64,000 nt of DNA from Candidatus Methylacidiphilales bacterium (lineage in GTDB: Bacteria; Verrucomicrobiota; Verrucomicrobiia; Methylacidiphilales; JBCBYL01): contig JBHJOR010000035.1 of the NCBI GenBank assembly GCA_050329585.1, forward strand, positions 1,434 through 65,433. Reading direction: 5' to 3'. Position numbers and translations under genes: made by a program. Below are positions 7,825 through 16,187 of the stretch, in pieces. The number at the start of each line of letters is the position of its first letter. Position 1 is the first letter of the stretch. The notes under the pieces were generated by a model. It did not search any database, was not told the origin of the DNA, and saw only the letters and a list, made by a program, of their open reading frames with translations.

Positions 7825-8493
7825 TCAGCGTGTGAGTTCGACGTGGTCGGCTTCCTCGAGGTTACAGGCGTTGGCTTCATCGGTATCGATATGCACTTCG
7901 AGTTTAAAGGAGGGATCGACGCGAACCAGCATATCTTCGAAGGTGGTGGTGCAGGCTTTAGAGACCACGCGCATCTTCATGAGGTCTTTATGTTTGACCT
8001 TATAAAAGGCGGCGTCGTCGGGATGCATATGGACGTGGCGGGCAGCCCGGATGATGCCATGAGTCATCTCCAACATGCCATTCGGTCCCATGATGTATCC
8101 ACCGGGAGTGCCTTCGATATCTCCGGATAGGCGGACGGGAACATCAATGCCCAGGGAAACCGCATCGGTGTAGGCCAGCTCAATCTGGGTGATGTCGCGA
8201 CAGGGACCAAGGATACGCAGATTGGGAATGATACGGCGGCGAGGGCCTACAAGCGTCACGGTTTCCTTGGCAGCGAATTGGCCGTCTTGATAAAGCCATT
8301 TATGAACTTCAAGTTGATGGCCCGGACCAAAAAGCACTTCCAAGTTGGCTTGGGAAATGTGCATGTGGCGAGCGGAGCTGTTCACCACCAACTCGGGTGA
8401 AGGGCGGGAGGAAGAGGGTGACGATCCGTTGCTCCATTGCCGGGCCAGGGCGTCGCGGACGAGAGTTTCAACGAGTTGGCGATCAGCGATCAT
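7825..8493 (-). CDS. pduL: PduL-type phosphotransacylase, first gene of the BMC operon
   Basis: Duplicated PduL signature regions are present (SARHMHISQANLEVLFG...; RAARHVHMHPDDAAFY...). The N-terminal amphipathic helix MIADRQLVETLVRDALARQW is followed by an S/P-rich linker, as in an encapsulation peptide. Confidence 0.9.
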   Translation of the reverse strand: MIADRQLVETLVRDALARQWSNGSSPSSSRPSPELVVNSSARHMHISQANLEVLFGPGHQLEVHKWLYQDGQFAAKETVTLVGPRRRIIPNLRILGPCRDITQIELAYTDAVSLGIDVPVRLSGDIEGTPGGYIMGPNGMLEMTHGIIRAARHVHMHPDDAAFYKVKHKDLMKMRVVSKACTTTFEDMLVRVDPSFKLEVHIDTDEANACNLEEADHVELTR

Positions 8494-8551
8494 GGTTCTT
8501 TAAAAGCTATTTTGGAAATCAGTCGGAAAGATAGAGAAAAACGAGTCGTGT

Positions 8552-8579
8552 TTTATATGAGCGGTTTCGATCATATAAA
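8552..8579. promoter_or_regulatory. Perfect 9-bp inverted repeat (TTTATATGA-N10-TCATATAAA) in the divergent BMC / DUF62 intergenic region
   Basis: Read directly: 8552-8560 is tttatatga and 8571-8579 is tcatataaa, an exact reverse complement. It is centred about 72 bp upstream of the pduL start codon, in an AT-rich stretch. Confidence 0.35.
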
Positions 8580-8826
8580 TAAACAGGCTGACGTCAAGTA
8601 TTTGCTTGGTTTAACGCAAAAAAATCCTGATGAAGGAAAAAACCGGGAGGCGTAAAGGCATGTGATCGGAGGGATTTGGTTTCTTGTGCTTGCGCCGAAA
8701 CGGGAATCTCCCTAGCTGTTAGCACTCGTGAAAAAAGGACATAACCTAGGCTTTGACTTGCGCTGGACGGCATTATTGCTGATTCTGCCACTGCTGGTGC
8801 AGTGTCAACGCTCTGGCGAATCATCC

Positions 8827-9624
8827 ATGACCCCTGTGATTGCACTGATAACTGACTTTGGAGATTCCGGGACGTATGTGCCGCAGATGAAAGGTGCTAT
8901 CCTGACCACCTTTCCCGGAGCGCGTATCACGGATCTCAATCACCGCTTGCAGATCTTTCAAGTGGCAGAGGCCAGTTACATTGTGCAAAAATCGACATCG
9001 ACCTTGCCCGCTTCAGCGATTGTCTGTGCGGTGGTGGATCCCGGAGTGGGAACCGAGCGGCGGGGCATTGCCTTCCGCACCACCAGCGGTCGCCACTATG
9101 TGGGTCCGGACAACGGCCTTTTTTCCCACGTGCTGGCGCGTGAGGGACTAGCTGAGGCGGTTGAATTGAACAATAACACGTATTTCCTGCGTCCGGAACC
9201 CAGTGCGACGTTTCATGGTCGTGATATTTTTGGCCCGGTGGCGGCGCATTTGGCAGCCGGAGTGGATCTAGCCAAGCTGGGCACACCGGTGCGGGATCTG
9301 AAGACCATACCCATTAACCAGCCTAGTAAGCTTGGTGATAAGATTAATGGAGTGATTGTTCATGTGGATCACTACGGTAACATAATCACCAACATTCACC
9401 GCTCGGACTTGCCCGAAGGATTTGAGAACAAACTGGTCAAAGTGATTTTCCAAAATAAAACCCTAACCCTGCCCTTGGTTTCGAGCTATGGGCAGGCACC
9501 TGAAAAGCGGCTGTTCGCCTTATTGAACAGCGACCACGAGCTGGAACTGGCGGTCAAACAAGGATCCGCAGCCCAGGCATTAAAACCAAAAATCGGAGAA
9601 CCCCTTGTTCTCCTACTGAAATAA
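8827..9624 (+). CDS. SAM hydroxide adenosyltransferase family protein (DUF62; chlorinase/fluorinase-related)
   Basis: The motifs IALITDFGDSGTYVPQMKGAI, AVVDPGVGTERR, YVGPDNGLFSHV and FHGRDIFGPVAAHLA are present. The listed ORF starts at GTG 8728 and would add a 33-aa signal-like leader. ATG 8827 gives the usual family N-terminus, but the start is uncertain. Confidence 0.8.
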   Translation: MTPVIALITDFGDSGTYVPQMKGAILTTFPGARITDLNHRLQIFQVAEASYIVQKSTSTLPASAIVCAVVDPGVGTERRGIAFRTTSGRHYVGPDNGLFSHVLAREGLAEAVELNNNTYFLRPEPSATFHGRDIFGPVAAHLAAGVDLAKLGTPVRDLKTIPINQPSKLGDKINGVIVHVDHYGNIITNIHRSDLPEGFENKLVKVIFQNKTLTLPLVSSYGQAPEKRLFALLNSDHELELAVKQGSAAQALKPKIGEPLVLLLK

Positions 9625-9632
9625 AAACCACC

Positions 9633-11495
9633 ATGTCCACATCAACTGCCGCGCTGCCCGTCCGCGAAGACCTGCGCAACCTCGCCATTATCGCCCACAT
9701 CGATCACGGGAAAACCACCCTGGTTGACCAATTGCTCAAACAATCCGGCACCTTCCGGGAAAACCAAGCCACCGAGGATCGCATGATGGATTCGATGGAC
9801 CTTGAGAAAGAAAAGGGCATTACCATTCGCGCCAAAAACGCCTCCATCCACTGGAAGGGCGTGCAGATCAATATCGTGGATACCCCCGGCCACGCCGACT
9901 TCGGCGGTGAGGTGGAGCGGATCATGAAAATGATCGATGGATGTATCCTGATCGTGGATGCCTTTGAAGGGGCGCAGGCCCAGACCAAATTTGTGCTGCG
10001 CAAGGCATTGGAAAACGGCCTCAAGCCCATTGTCCTGATAAACAAAATTGATCGCGAGAATGCGCGTCCGAACCAAGTGCTGGACATGACGTTCGATTTG
10101 TTTTGCGACTTGAATGCCAGTGATGAGCAGTTGGATTTTCCAGTCATCTACGCCTCGGCCCGGGACGGCTACGCGACGGCCCAGTGGGATGGGGTGTTGA
10201 CCGACGAGATCAAAGCCATGAACATGGACGCGTTGTTTGATGCGATGGTCAAACACGTCCCGCCGCCCACGGCCGATCTCTCAGGGCACTTCCAGATGTT
10301 GGTGGCCAACTTAGATTATTCGGACTATGTGGGCCGGATCGCTTTCGGAAAAATCTATTCCGGCAGCATCGCGGTCGGCAACAGTTTCACCTGTCTTCAC
10401 GGGGACGGTAGTCACCAGACGGCCAAGGTGACCAAGATTTTTTCCTATGAAGGAATGAAACAAATCGAGCTGGAAAAAGCCGAGGCGGGTATGATCGTGG
10501 GACTCTCCGGAATCGAAGAAGTGTATATCGGGGAAACGCTGACCGACCTGCCGACCCGTCCGGCTCTTCCGTTTATGGCGATTGATCCTCCGACCATCCA
10601 GATGCAGATTTTGGTCAATGATTCACCGCTGGCGGGCCGTGAAGGGAAGTTCCTGACCGCGCGGCATATCAAGGACAGGCTGGTTAAGGAGACCCGCACC
10701 AGTGTAGGTCTGACGGTGGAAGAAACCGAAACCGCCGGTGCCTTCCGCGTGAGTGCCCGGGGTGAAATGCAGATTGCGGTCATTGTGGAGCAAATGCGAC
10801 GTGAGGGCTTCGAGTTGATGGTTTCCCGTCCTGAAGTGATTCTTAAACGCGGGGAAAACGGGGAGAAACTCGAACCGTATGAGACGGTTTATGTTGAAGT
10901 GCCCAATGATCGACTTGGCGATGTGATTCAAAATCTGGCTGAGCGCAAAGCCGAAACCCAGGATATGAAACATCAAAGCTCTACGGTGCTGGTGGAAGCG
11001 GTGGTGCCGACCCGAGGTTTGATTGGATTTGAAACGGACCTGCTCAACCTGACCAAAGGCGAGGGGATTATGAGTCATATTTTCAAAGAATACGGGCCTT
11101 GGAAGGGTGAAATCAAATCACGCGCCAACGGCGTGGTGGTATCCATGGAAAACGGAGAAACCACCGCGTATGCCTTGGATGCGCTGCAAGCCCGGGCGAT
11201 CCTGTTCATCGGGCCGGGAGAGCAAGTGTATGACGGGATGATCGTCGGTCAGAATTCACGACCGGATGACATGACCGCCAACCCGTGCAAGGCCAAAGCG
11301 TTGACCAACATGCGCTCTCAAGGCGATGGAAAAGGTATCCAGCTTTCGCCGCCCTTGAATCTTAGTTTGGAGCGGATGTTGGAATATGTTTCGGATGACG
11401 AATACGTGGAGATCACTCCCGGTAAATTGCGTCTGCGGAAAAAAATCCTGGATGCCAACCTGAGAAAACGCTCGGAGAAAAAAGCACAGGCCTGA
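9633..11495 (+). CDS. typA: Translational GTPase TypA/BipA
   Basis: The sequence NLAIIAHIDHGKTTLVDQLL, DSMDLEKEKGITI, NIVDTPGHADFGGEVER, NKIDR and the overall 620-aa EF-G-like architecture fit TypA/BipA. Confidence 0.95.
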   Translation: MSTSTAALPVREDLRNLAIIAHIDHGKTTLVDQLLKQSGTFRENQATEDRMMDSMDLEKEKGITIRAKNASIHWKGVQINIVDTPGHADFGGEVERIMKMIDGCILIVDAFEGAQAQTKFVLRKALENGLKPIVLINKIDRENARPNQVLDMTFDLFCDLNASDEQLDFPVIYASARDGYATAQWDGVLTDEIKAMNMDALFDAMVKHVPPPTADLSGHFQMLVANLDYSDYVGRIAFGKIYSGSIAVGNSFTCLHGDGSHQTAKVTKIFSYEGMKQIELEKAEAGMIVGLSGIEEVYIGETLTDLPTRPALPFMAIDPPTIQMQILVNDSPLAGREGKFLTARHIKDRLVKETRTSVGLTVEETETAGAFRVSARGEMQIAVIVEQMRREGFELMVSRPEVILKRGENGEKLEPYETVYVEVPNDRLGDVIQNLAERKAETQDMKHQSSTVLVEAVVPTRGLIGFETDLLNLTKGEGIMSHIFKEYGPWKGEIKSRANGVVVSMENGETTAYALDALQARAILFIGPGEQVYDGMIVGQNSRPDDMTANPCKAKALTNMRSQGDGKGIQLSPPLNLSLERMLEYVSDDEYVEITPGKLRLRKKILDANLRKRSEKKAQA

Positions 11496-11525
11496 CCTGG
11501 CGGAAGCCGGAGGCGGCTTGACGGC

Positions 11526-12617
11526 TCACGCGCCGGGTCTCTGCGGCGGGATACGGATGGTTTGTTTCATGCTGGCCAAATCCGTAGTGGGGGAGGTGCC
11601 GGGTCCGCTCATGGACTGCATGACCACATGAAGCATATCGTCCCCTTTGAGCGGTTTCATGAGGACTTGAACGGGTATGGAGAGTTCGGCGAGCTGCTCT
11701 TTAAAACTATCCCCCGGCAATCCGCTCATGATGACCACCGTGGAGGAGGCTAGAGCACCTTGGGCTTCTTGTAAAAACTCGACCCCGTTCATTCCCATCA
11801 TGGAATAATCCGTGATGACCAGTCCCGGCGTGTGGCGTTCAAGCCAAGCCAAGGCATCCTGAGGCTGGTGAAAAATTTCCACAGCCGGAATACCCAGGGC
11901 TCGTAGGGTAATCGCGACCGCTTCGGCAACATCCACGTTATCTTCTACAATGAGAGCCGAACTCATCTCATTCTGGGTGCGTAGCGCGTAAAGCGAGTCG
12001 CGCTTTTGGAAAAGGGGAAACATCAGGCACACTCGTGGGGAGGTGCCTTTCTCAATGACCAGTCGCCCTCCTTGAAGTTGAACCAGCGCATCGAGCATAC
12101 TCCAGACACTGGAATCACGCGACAGCTCGCCCGGGCCGCTGAAGTTAAGCACGCCGTATTTACCCCCTTCGTATTCACAGGAATAAACCTCTACGTAAAG
12201 CTCGGGTTTGGGAGTATTGGCGTGGAAATGGCTGACCACTTGAACCAGAATGAGATTAAGAATCTGGGGTGAAGTATAGATGCGGCATTCGTTGTGGGTG
12301 CGTAGTCCTAAACCGTGGTGGGCACTTTGAACCAAATCGCCGATGCGGGACTCCAGATGTTCGGCCAGAGCGATGAGCCTTTTGTTTGAAGTTTGCTGGC
12401 CCAGCAGTGCCAAAGCACCCCGCATCACCGTAGAACTTTTATTGCATACGGACTGAATTTCTTGGAAGCCCGGTTCATTGCCGAAGCGACCACGCATCGA
12501 ATCGAGTCGGCTTTGGATGACCATCAACGTATTGCTCATTTCGTGGGCAAGCAAAGAAATGGCTTCCCCCTCGGATATGATGGTAGAACGGTGGAGTGAC
12601 GAGCTGTCGGCGTCCAT
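11526..12617 (-). CDS. Soluble hybrid histidine-kinase-like protein (HisKA-like H-box, degenerate ATPase region, C-terminal receiver)
   Basis: The H-box is LLAHEMSNTLMVIQ. The REC domain has LIVEDNVDV, LVITDYSMMGMNG and LMKPL. There are no TM or sensor domains, and the N-, G1- and G2-box positions look degenerate (SHFHAN, FSGPGE, LQGGRL). Confidence 0.65.
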   Translation of the reverse strand: MDADSSSLHRSTIISEGEAISLLAHEMSNTLMVIQSRLDSMRGRFGNEPGFQEIQSVCNKSSTVMRGALALLGQQTSNKRLIALAEHLESRIGDLVQSAHHGLGLRTHNECRIYTSPQILNLILVQVVSHFHANTPKPELYVEVYSCEYEGGKYGVLNFSGPGELSRDSSVWSMLDALVQLQGGRLVIEKGTSPRVCLMFPLFQKRDSLYALRTQNEMSSALIVEDNVDVAEAVAITLRALGIPAVEIFHQPQDALAWLERHTPGLVITDYSMMGMNGVEFLQEAQGALASSTVVIMSGLPGDSFKEQLAELSIPVQVLMKPLKGDDMLHVVMQSMSGPGTSPTTDLASMKQTIRIPPQRPGA

Positions 12618-12678
12618 CCGATCAACCTAACATGGTAACTGTACAAGCGAAGAGGAAAAACTTCCGTGCGGTTCACCC

Positions 12679-14757
12679 TTAATCCGAATCCACTTCATCG
12701 GGGCTGAGGTGCATCTCGGAACAGGCGCGGATATAGGAAGCGGCGGACCAGGCCTGGTGACGCTTGCCCATGGGCCGGCCGGTATGACCGTGGATCCATT
12801 CGTTGAATTCCCATTCGGATTGGCGGCCCAATTGATTGAGTTCGGCGAGACGGAATAATTCCCGGGCGGCGATGTCACTGAGACCGAGGCGGTAGATGAA
12901 GCGCACCCACATGCCCCCGATGAAAGGCCAGATGCCGCCGTTGTGGTAATGGTGGGGGAGGTTGAGGAGGTTCACGGTGTAGTAGGGTTTCCACTCGGGA
13001 TCCCCGGCATGAACGACAGGATAGAGATTGGCCACCGGCCAGGGTTGGTTGACGCCGACGCCCCACATGAACTTGAACGCGGTGCGGGCGCGCTCGATGT
13101 CCAGCACATTGGTCAGGAACGCCAACGTATTGCCGAGAACATCACAGCGCCAGGAGAATCCGAAGGGGGAGATTTGCGCCAGCAGGTATTGCGAATCACC
13201 CAGGGAAAATTGTTGGTCGGCGAAGGAAAACGAATGGTGTTCGTCCAACCGGGAACGGGTGGAGGGCCAGAAGTGGGCCAGTAGTGTTCCCCGGATCTGT
13301 TGCGACCAGCGCAGGTAATCGGCGGCGCGTTCGTAGTCCTGGCGCAGTTCGAGCAGGTGTCCGAAACAGACATTGGCGCGATACCAGAGGACTTCATCGT
13401 AGAGCACATTATAACTGCGCCCGAAGAGATCGGTCCAATCCCCCGCCTCGGGGATCTCCAGGAGCGCGTCATTATTGCTGTCGTGGGCGCTGAGCCAGTT
13501 CATGGCGCGCTGGAGCTTGTCGGCGTAGGTATTGAGGAAGTCGATATCGCGGGTCCGGTTGACGTAGTGATAAAAGGCGATGATCGCCCAGAGGCCGCTG
13601 TCGATGGAACAGATGCCGCCCACTCCGCTGTAATCAGGTTTCCCGTCGTCGATGCGGACATTGCTGGGGATTTGGCCTCCCGGGGAGAGGTGGTCGAAGA
13701 GGGTGATGAGGGTTTGGCGCTGGCAGGCCCGGATCTCGGGGTCATCCAGGCACATGGAGGAGATGAGGGTGATGGAGCCGTCCCGCGCCCACACGCTGCG
13801 GTAGTTTTCATCGGTGCCGGTGACATCATTATCCAAGAGCGAGCAGGCGGAAAATCCGAGCGGGGTGATGTTGCGTCGAAGGGTGTCGAGGGCGTGGCGG
13901 TAGCCGGTGACGATGAGATCGAGTTGATGGGGCTGGAGAGATTGGAGAGCGGAGGACTCGTAGAGCATCCGGAGTTCCGGATCCTGCGGTGGGGTGGGCT
14001 CGGTGAAAGTGTTCAGCGGGGTGCGGGAGGTGATTCCAAAATGTCTGAGACCTTCCAGAACCCCGTCGGCCAGAATCTGGGTGGCGCGATAAACCGGGAG
14101 TTCCACGACGGATTCATACAGTTCCGGTTGCGCGTTTTCGACGACGATGCCGCGGACCCCGGGAAGCAAAAACATGCTGCTGTCGTTCCCGGTGTCTCCG
14201 GCGACCAGGAGGTGCTGGTGGGGGATGCCGAGGTGTTGGGCGAGCCAGGCGAGGGCGTTGCCCTTGGTGGCCTCGGAGGGGAGGATGTCGAGGTGGAGTT
14301 GGCTGGAATAGACGACCGCGGCGCGGATACCGGCCTGCTCCAAGGCACGGCGAAGCTCGTTGATGGCTTCTGGGCTGCAACGCGGCCAGAACCAACTTGA
14401 CTTGAACGGGTTCTGGAATTCGGTGGGCTGTGGTTCGATGCCCGGCAGGGCGGAGAGAATGTGGTTGACCCGATCCAGATCCCAGCCTTCCCGGAAGCGT
14501 TCGGTGAAAGCGGTGAGCGGCTGCGTGTCGCCCTGTGGTGCCGCTTCGGTGCCGACGCTGCCCAGGAACCAGTCGGGCGGATCGAGAATGTTGTCGGCCA
14601 CCAGGCGCCGCATGTCGGCCAGGGAGCGTCCGGAGTTGTAAACCAGCAGGGGGCGGTCTTCCAAGGCATTCCAGGCGGAGCGGAAGCGGGCGGTGGCTTC
14701 GGGGTTGCCCAGGAGGGTGCCGTCCAGATCGGTGCTGAAAAGTCGGATGGGGGACAT
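12679..14757 (-). CDS. Fusion protein: HAD-IIB sucrose-phosphate-phosphatase-like domain plus (alpha/alpha)6 glycoside hydrolase domain (GH100 neutral invertase / GDE_C-like)
   Basis: The N-terminal part has LFSTDLDGTLLG...YNSGR...AGDTGNDSSMF, the HAD-IIB/SPP motifs. The C-terminal roughly 430 aa have ARDGS, IDSGLWAII, EAGDWTD, HHYHNGGIWPF and RHQAWSAASY, which align by eye with cyanobacterial GH100 invertase motifs. Confidence 0.75.
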   Translation of the reverse strand: MSPIRLFSTDLDGTLLGNPEATARFRSAWNALEDRPLLVYNSGRSLADMRRLVADNILDPPDWFLGSVGTEAAPQGDTQPLTAFTERFREGWDLDRVNHILSALPGIEPQPTEFQNPFKSSWFWPRCSPEAINELRRALEQAGIRAAVVYSSQLHLDILPSEATKGNALAWLAQHLGIPHQHLLVAGDTGNDSSMFLLPGVRGIVVENAQPELYESVVELPVYRATQILADGVLEGLRHFGITSRTPLNTFTEPTPPQDPELRMLYESSALQSLQPHQLDLIVTGYRHALDTLRRNITPLGFSACSLLDNDVTGTDENYRSVWARDGSITLISSMCLDDPEIRACQRQTLITLFDHLSPGGQIPSNVRIDDGKPDYSGVGGICSIDSGLWAIIAFYHYVNRTRDIDFLNTYADKLQRAMNWLSAHDSNNDALLEIPEAGDWTDLFGRSYNVLYDEVLWYRANVCFGHLLELRQDYERAADYLRWSQQIRGTLLAHFWPSTRSRLDEHHSFSFADQQFSLGDSQYLLAQISPFGFSWRCDVLGNTLAFLTNVLDIERARTAFKFMWGVGVNQPWPVANLYPVVHAGDPEWKPYYTVNLLNLPHHYHNGGIWPFIGGMWVRFIYRLGLSDIAARELFRLAELNQLGRQSEWEFNEWIHGHTGRPMGKRHQAWSAASYIRACSEMHLSPDEVDSD

Positions 14758-14760
14758 GGG

Positions 14761-16068
14761 TTAGACTTTCTCGTCGTGGCCGAACCATTGATCCGAGGCT
14801 TCCCATTCATCGGGCTGGAAAGCGGGCTTCTGGCGTTGTTCGAAGGCGCAGATGAGTTGTTGGGCGATCCCGGTCCAGGTGAAAAGACTGCGGGCGGTTT
14901 GCGCTCCGTTGCGCGAGAGTCGATCCCACAGTTTTTGGTGGCGTAGGGGCTTGAGCATGGTGATGCCGAGGTCAGCGGAGTCGAAGGTGTCGGCAAAAAG
15001 TCCGTCCACGCCAAACCGGAGGACTCGGAAGAGGCCGCCGTGGGTGGTGGCCACGGTGGGGGTGCCGCAGGCCATGGCTTCGATGGCGGTCATTCCGAAA
15101 GGTTCGTAACGGCTGCTCAAGACAAAGACATCCGCAGCGCGGTAGGTGTCCGGTAGATCCTCGTCGGACACGTAGCCGGTGAAATGGATCCGGTCTTGAA
15201 GATCGAGTTGTGCGGCGATGGCGTGGCACTCCTCGAGAATCTGTTTTTCTCCGGAATCCATTTTTTCACCACCTACGGCCAGATGAAGGTGGGCGTCGGG
15301 CTCGCGGATGGCCACTTCCCGGAAGGCCTGAATGAGGAGGTCGTAGCCCTTGTTGGAGGCGAGGCGACCGAGAGCCAGGATGACTTTTCCCTTGAACCCG
15401 AGGCGCTGGCGGATGGCTTCACGGGTGGCGGCACCGGTGGGAAAAAAACGGTTGTCGTCATAGCCCGGTGGGATCATCAGGATTTTGCTGGTGGGTAATT
15501 CATAGTCGGCGCGCAGCATGTCGGTTTGGACGGGGGTGGTGGCGATGACGAGTTGTGATTCCCGGTAGAGTTGGTTTTCGTAGTGGATGCGTTTCGTGAA
15601 GTTGAAGGTTTCTTCAAAGGAGGCGGGGTCGTGTTGGTAGTCGGTTTCCATCTGGCGTTTTTTCCACAGTCCCAGAGAGTGGGGGGTGTGGATATGGGGG
15701 ATGCGCAAAACTTCTGCGAGGTGTTGACCCGCTAGTCCTGCATCCCAGTAGTGGCTGTTGATGAAGGTGTAATGGAGATTGTGCTCGCGGATGAAGCGCA
15801 GGGCGTTTTCACCCCATTCATGGAGTTTTTTGTAGAGGTATTCCTTGGGGATGAAGTCGGATCCTCCGCAGGGGACGCGCAGGACGCGGACTTGGTCACT
15901 GATGACATCGACGGGTGGCTGGCTCTCAAATTGGCGGGTCCAGATGTCCACTTCATAGCCGAGTTGGGCCAGTTTTTTGGAAAGTTCGAGGACATAAACG
16001 ACTTGGCCCCCCGTGTCGGCGGCACCGAGTGGAGGGTTGGCGGCGACATAGCCGTGGGTGGAAACCAT
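14761..16068 (-). CDS. Sucrose-phosphate-synthase-family GT4 glycosyltransferase (sucrose-6F-P or mannosylfructose-P synthase type)
   Basis: The N-terminus is MVSTHGYVAANPPLGAADTGGQVVYVLELSKKL. The GT-B C-terminal motif SRYEPFGMTAIEAMACGTP is present. The gene ends 4 nt before the phosphatase-fusion gene starts. Confidence 0.8.
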   Translation of the reverse strand: MVSTHGYVAANPPLGAADTGGQVVYVLELSKKLAQLGYEVDIWTRQFESQPPVDVISDQVRVLRVPCGGSDFIPKEYLYKKLHEWGENALRFIREHNLHYTFINSHYWDAGLAGQHLAEVLRIPHIHTPHSLGLWKKRQMETDYQHDPASFEETFNFTKRIHYENQLYRESQLVIATTPVQTDMLRADYELPTSKILMIPPGYDDNRFFPTGAATREAIRQRLGFKGKVILALGRLASNKGYDLLIQAFREVAIREPDAHLHLAVGGEKMDSGEKQILEECHAIAAQLDLQDRIHFTGYVSDEDLPDTYRAADVFVLSSRYEPFGMTAIEAMACGTPTVATTHGGLFRVLRFGVDGLFADTFDSADLGITMLKPLRHQKLWDRLSRNGAQTARSLFTWTGIAQQLICAFEQRQKPAFQPDEWEASDQWFGHDEKV

Positions 16069-16187
16069 GGCAATACGCGGCAGGTTTGGATTGCCAGTGG
16101 GGGAAGGCGTGAACTTAAGGCGACGCTATCCCAGTTACCATCTTGGGACAAGATAAAGTGGCATGCGCTTCTAAACAGAAATGCTTT

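Noticed and set aside
8437-8655. A listed 72-aa ORF inside the BMC/DUF62 intergenic region.
   Set aside because: It lies in the AT-rich promoter spacer and overlaps the 5' end of pduL on the opposite strand. Its translation is lysine-rich with no features. The region is more plausibly regulatory.
11496-11525. A short hairpin (AAGCCG-GAGG-CGGCTT) between the convergent typA and the hybrid kinase gene, considered as a terminator.
   Set aside because: It has only a 6-bp stem and no flanking U-tract on either strand, which is too weak to call.
13300-15014. Long ORFs overlapping the SPS/SPP genes: 13300..14400 (+, 366 aa), 14013..15014 (-, 333 aa, out of frame) and 14114..14806 (-, 230 aa).
   Set aside because: Their translations are low-complexity and Pro/Arg/Gly/Ala-rich, with no recognisable motifs. 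They sit entirely inside genes whose products have strong family signatures. They are typical shadow ORFs of GC-rich coding DNA.
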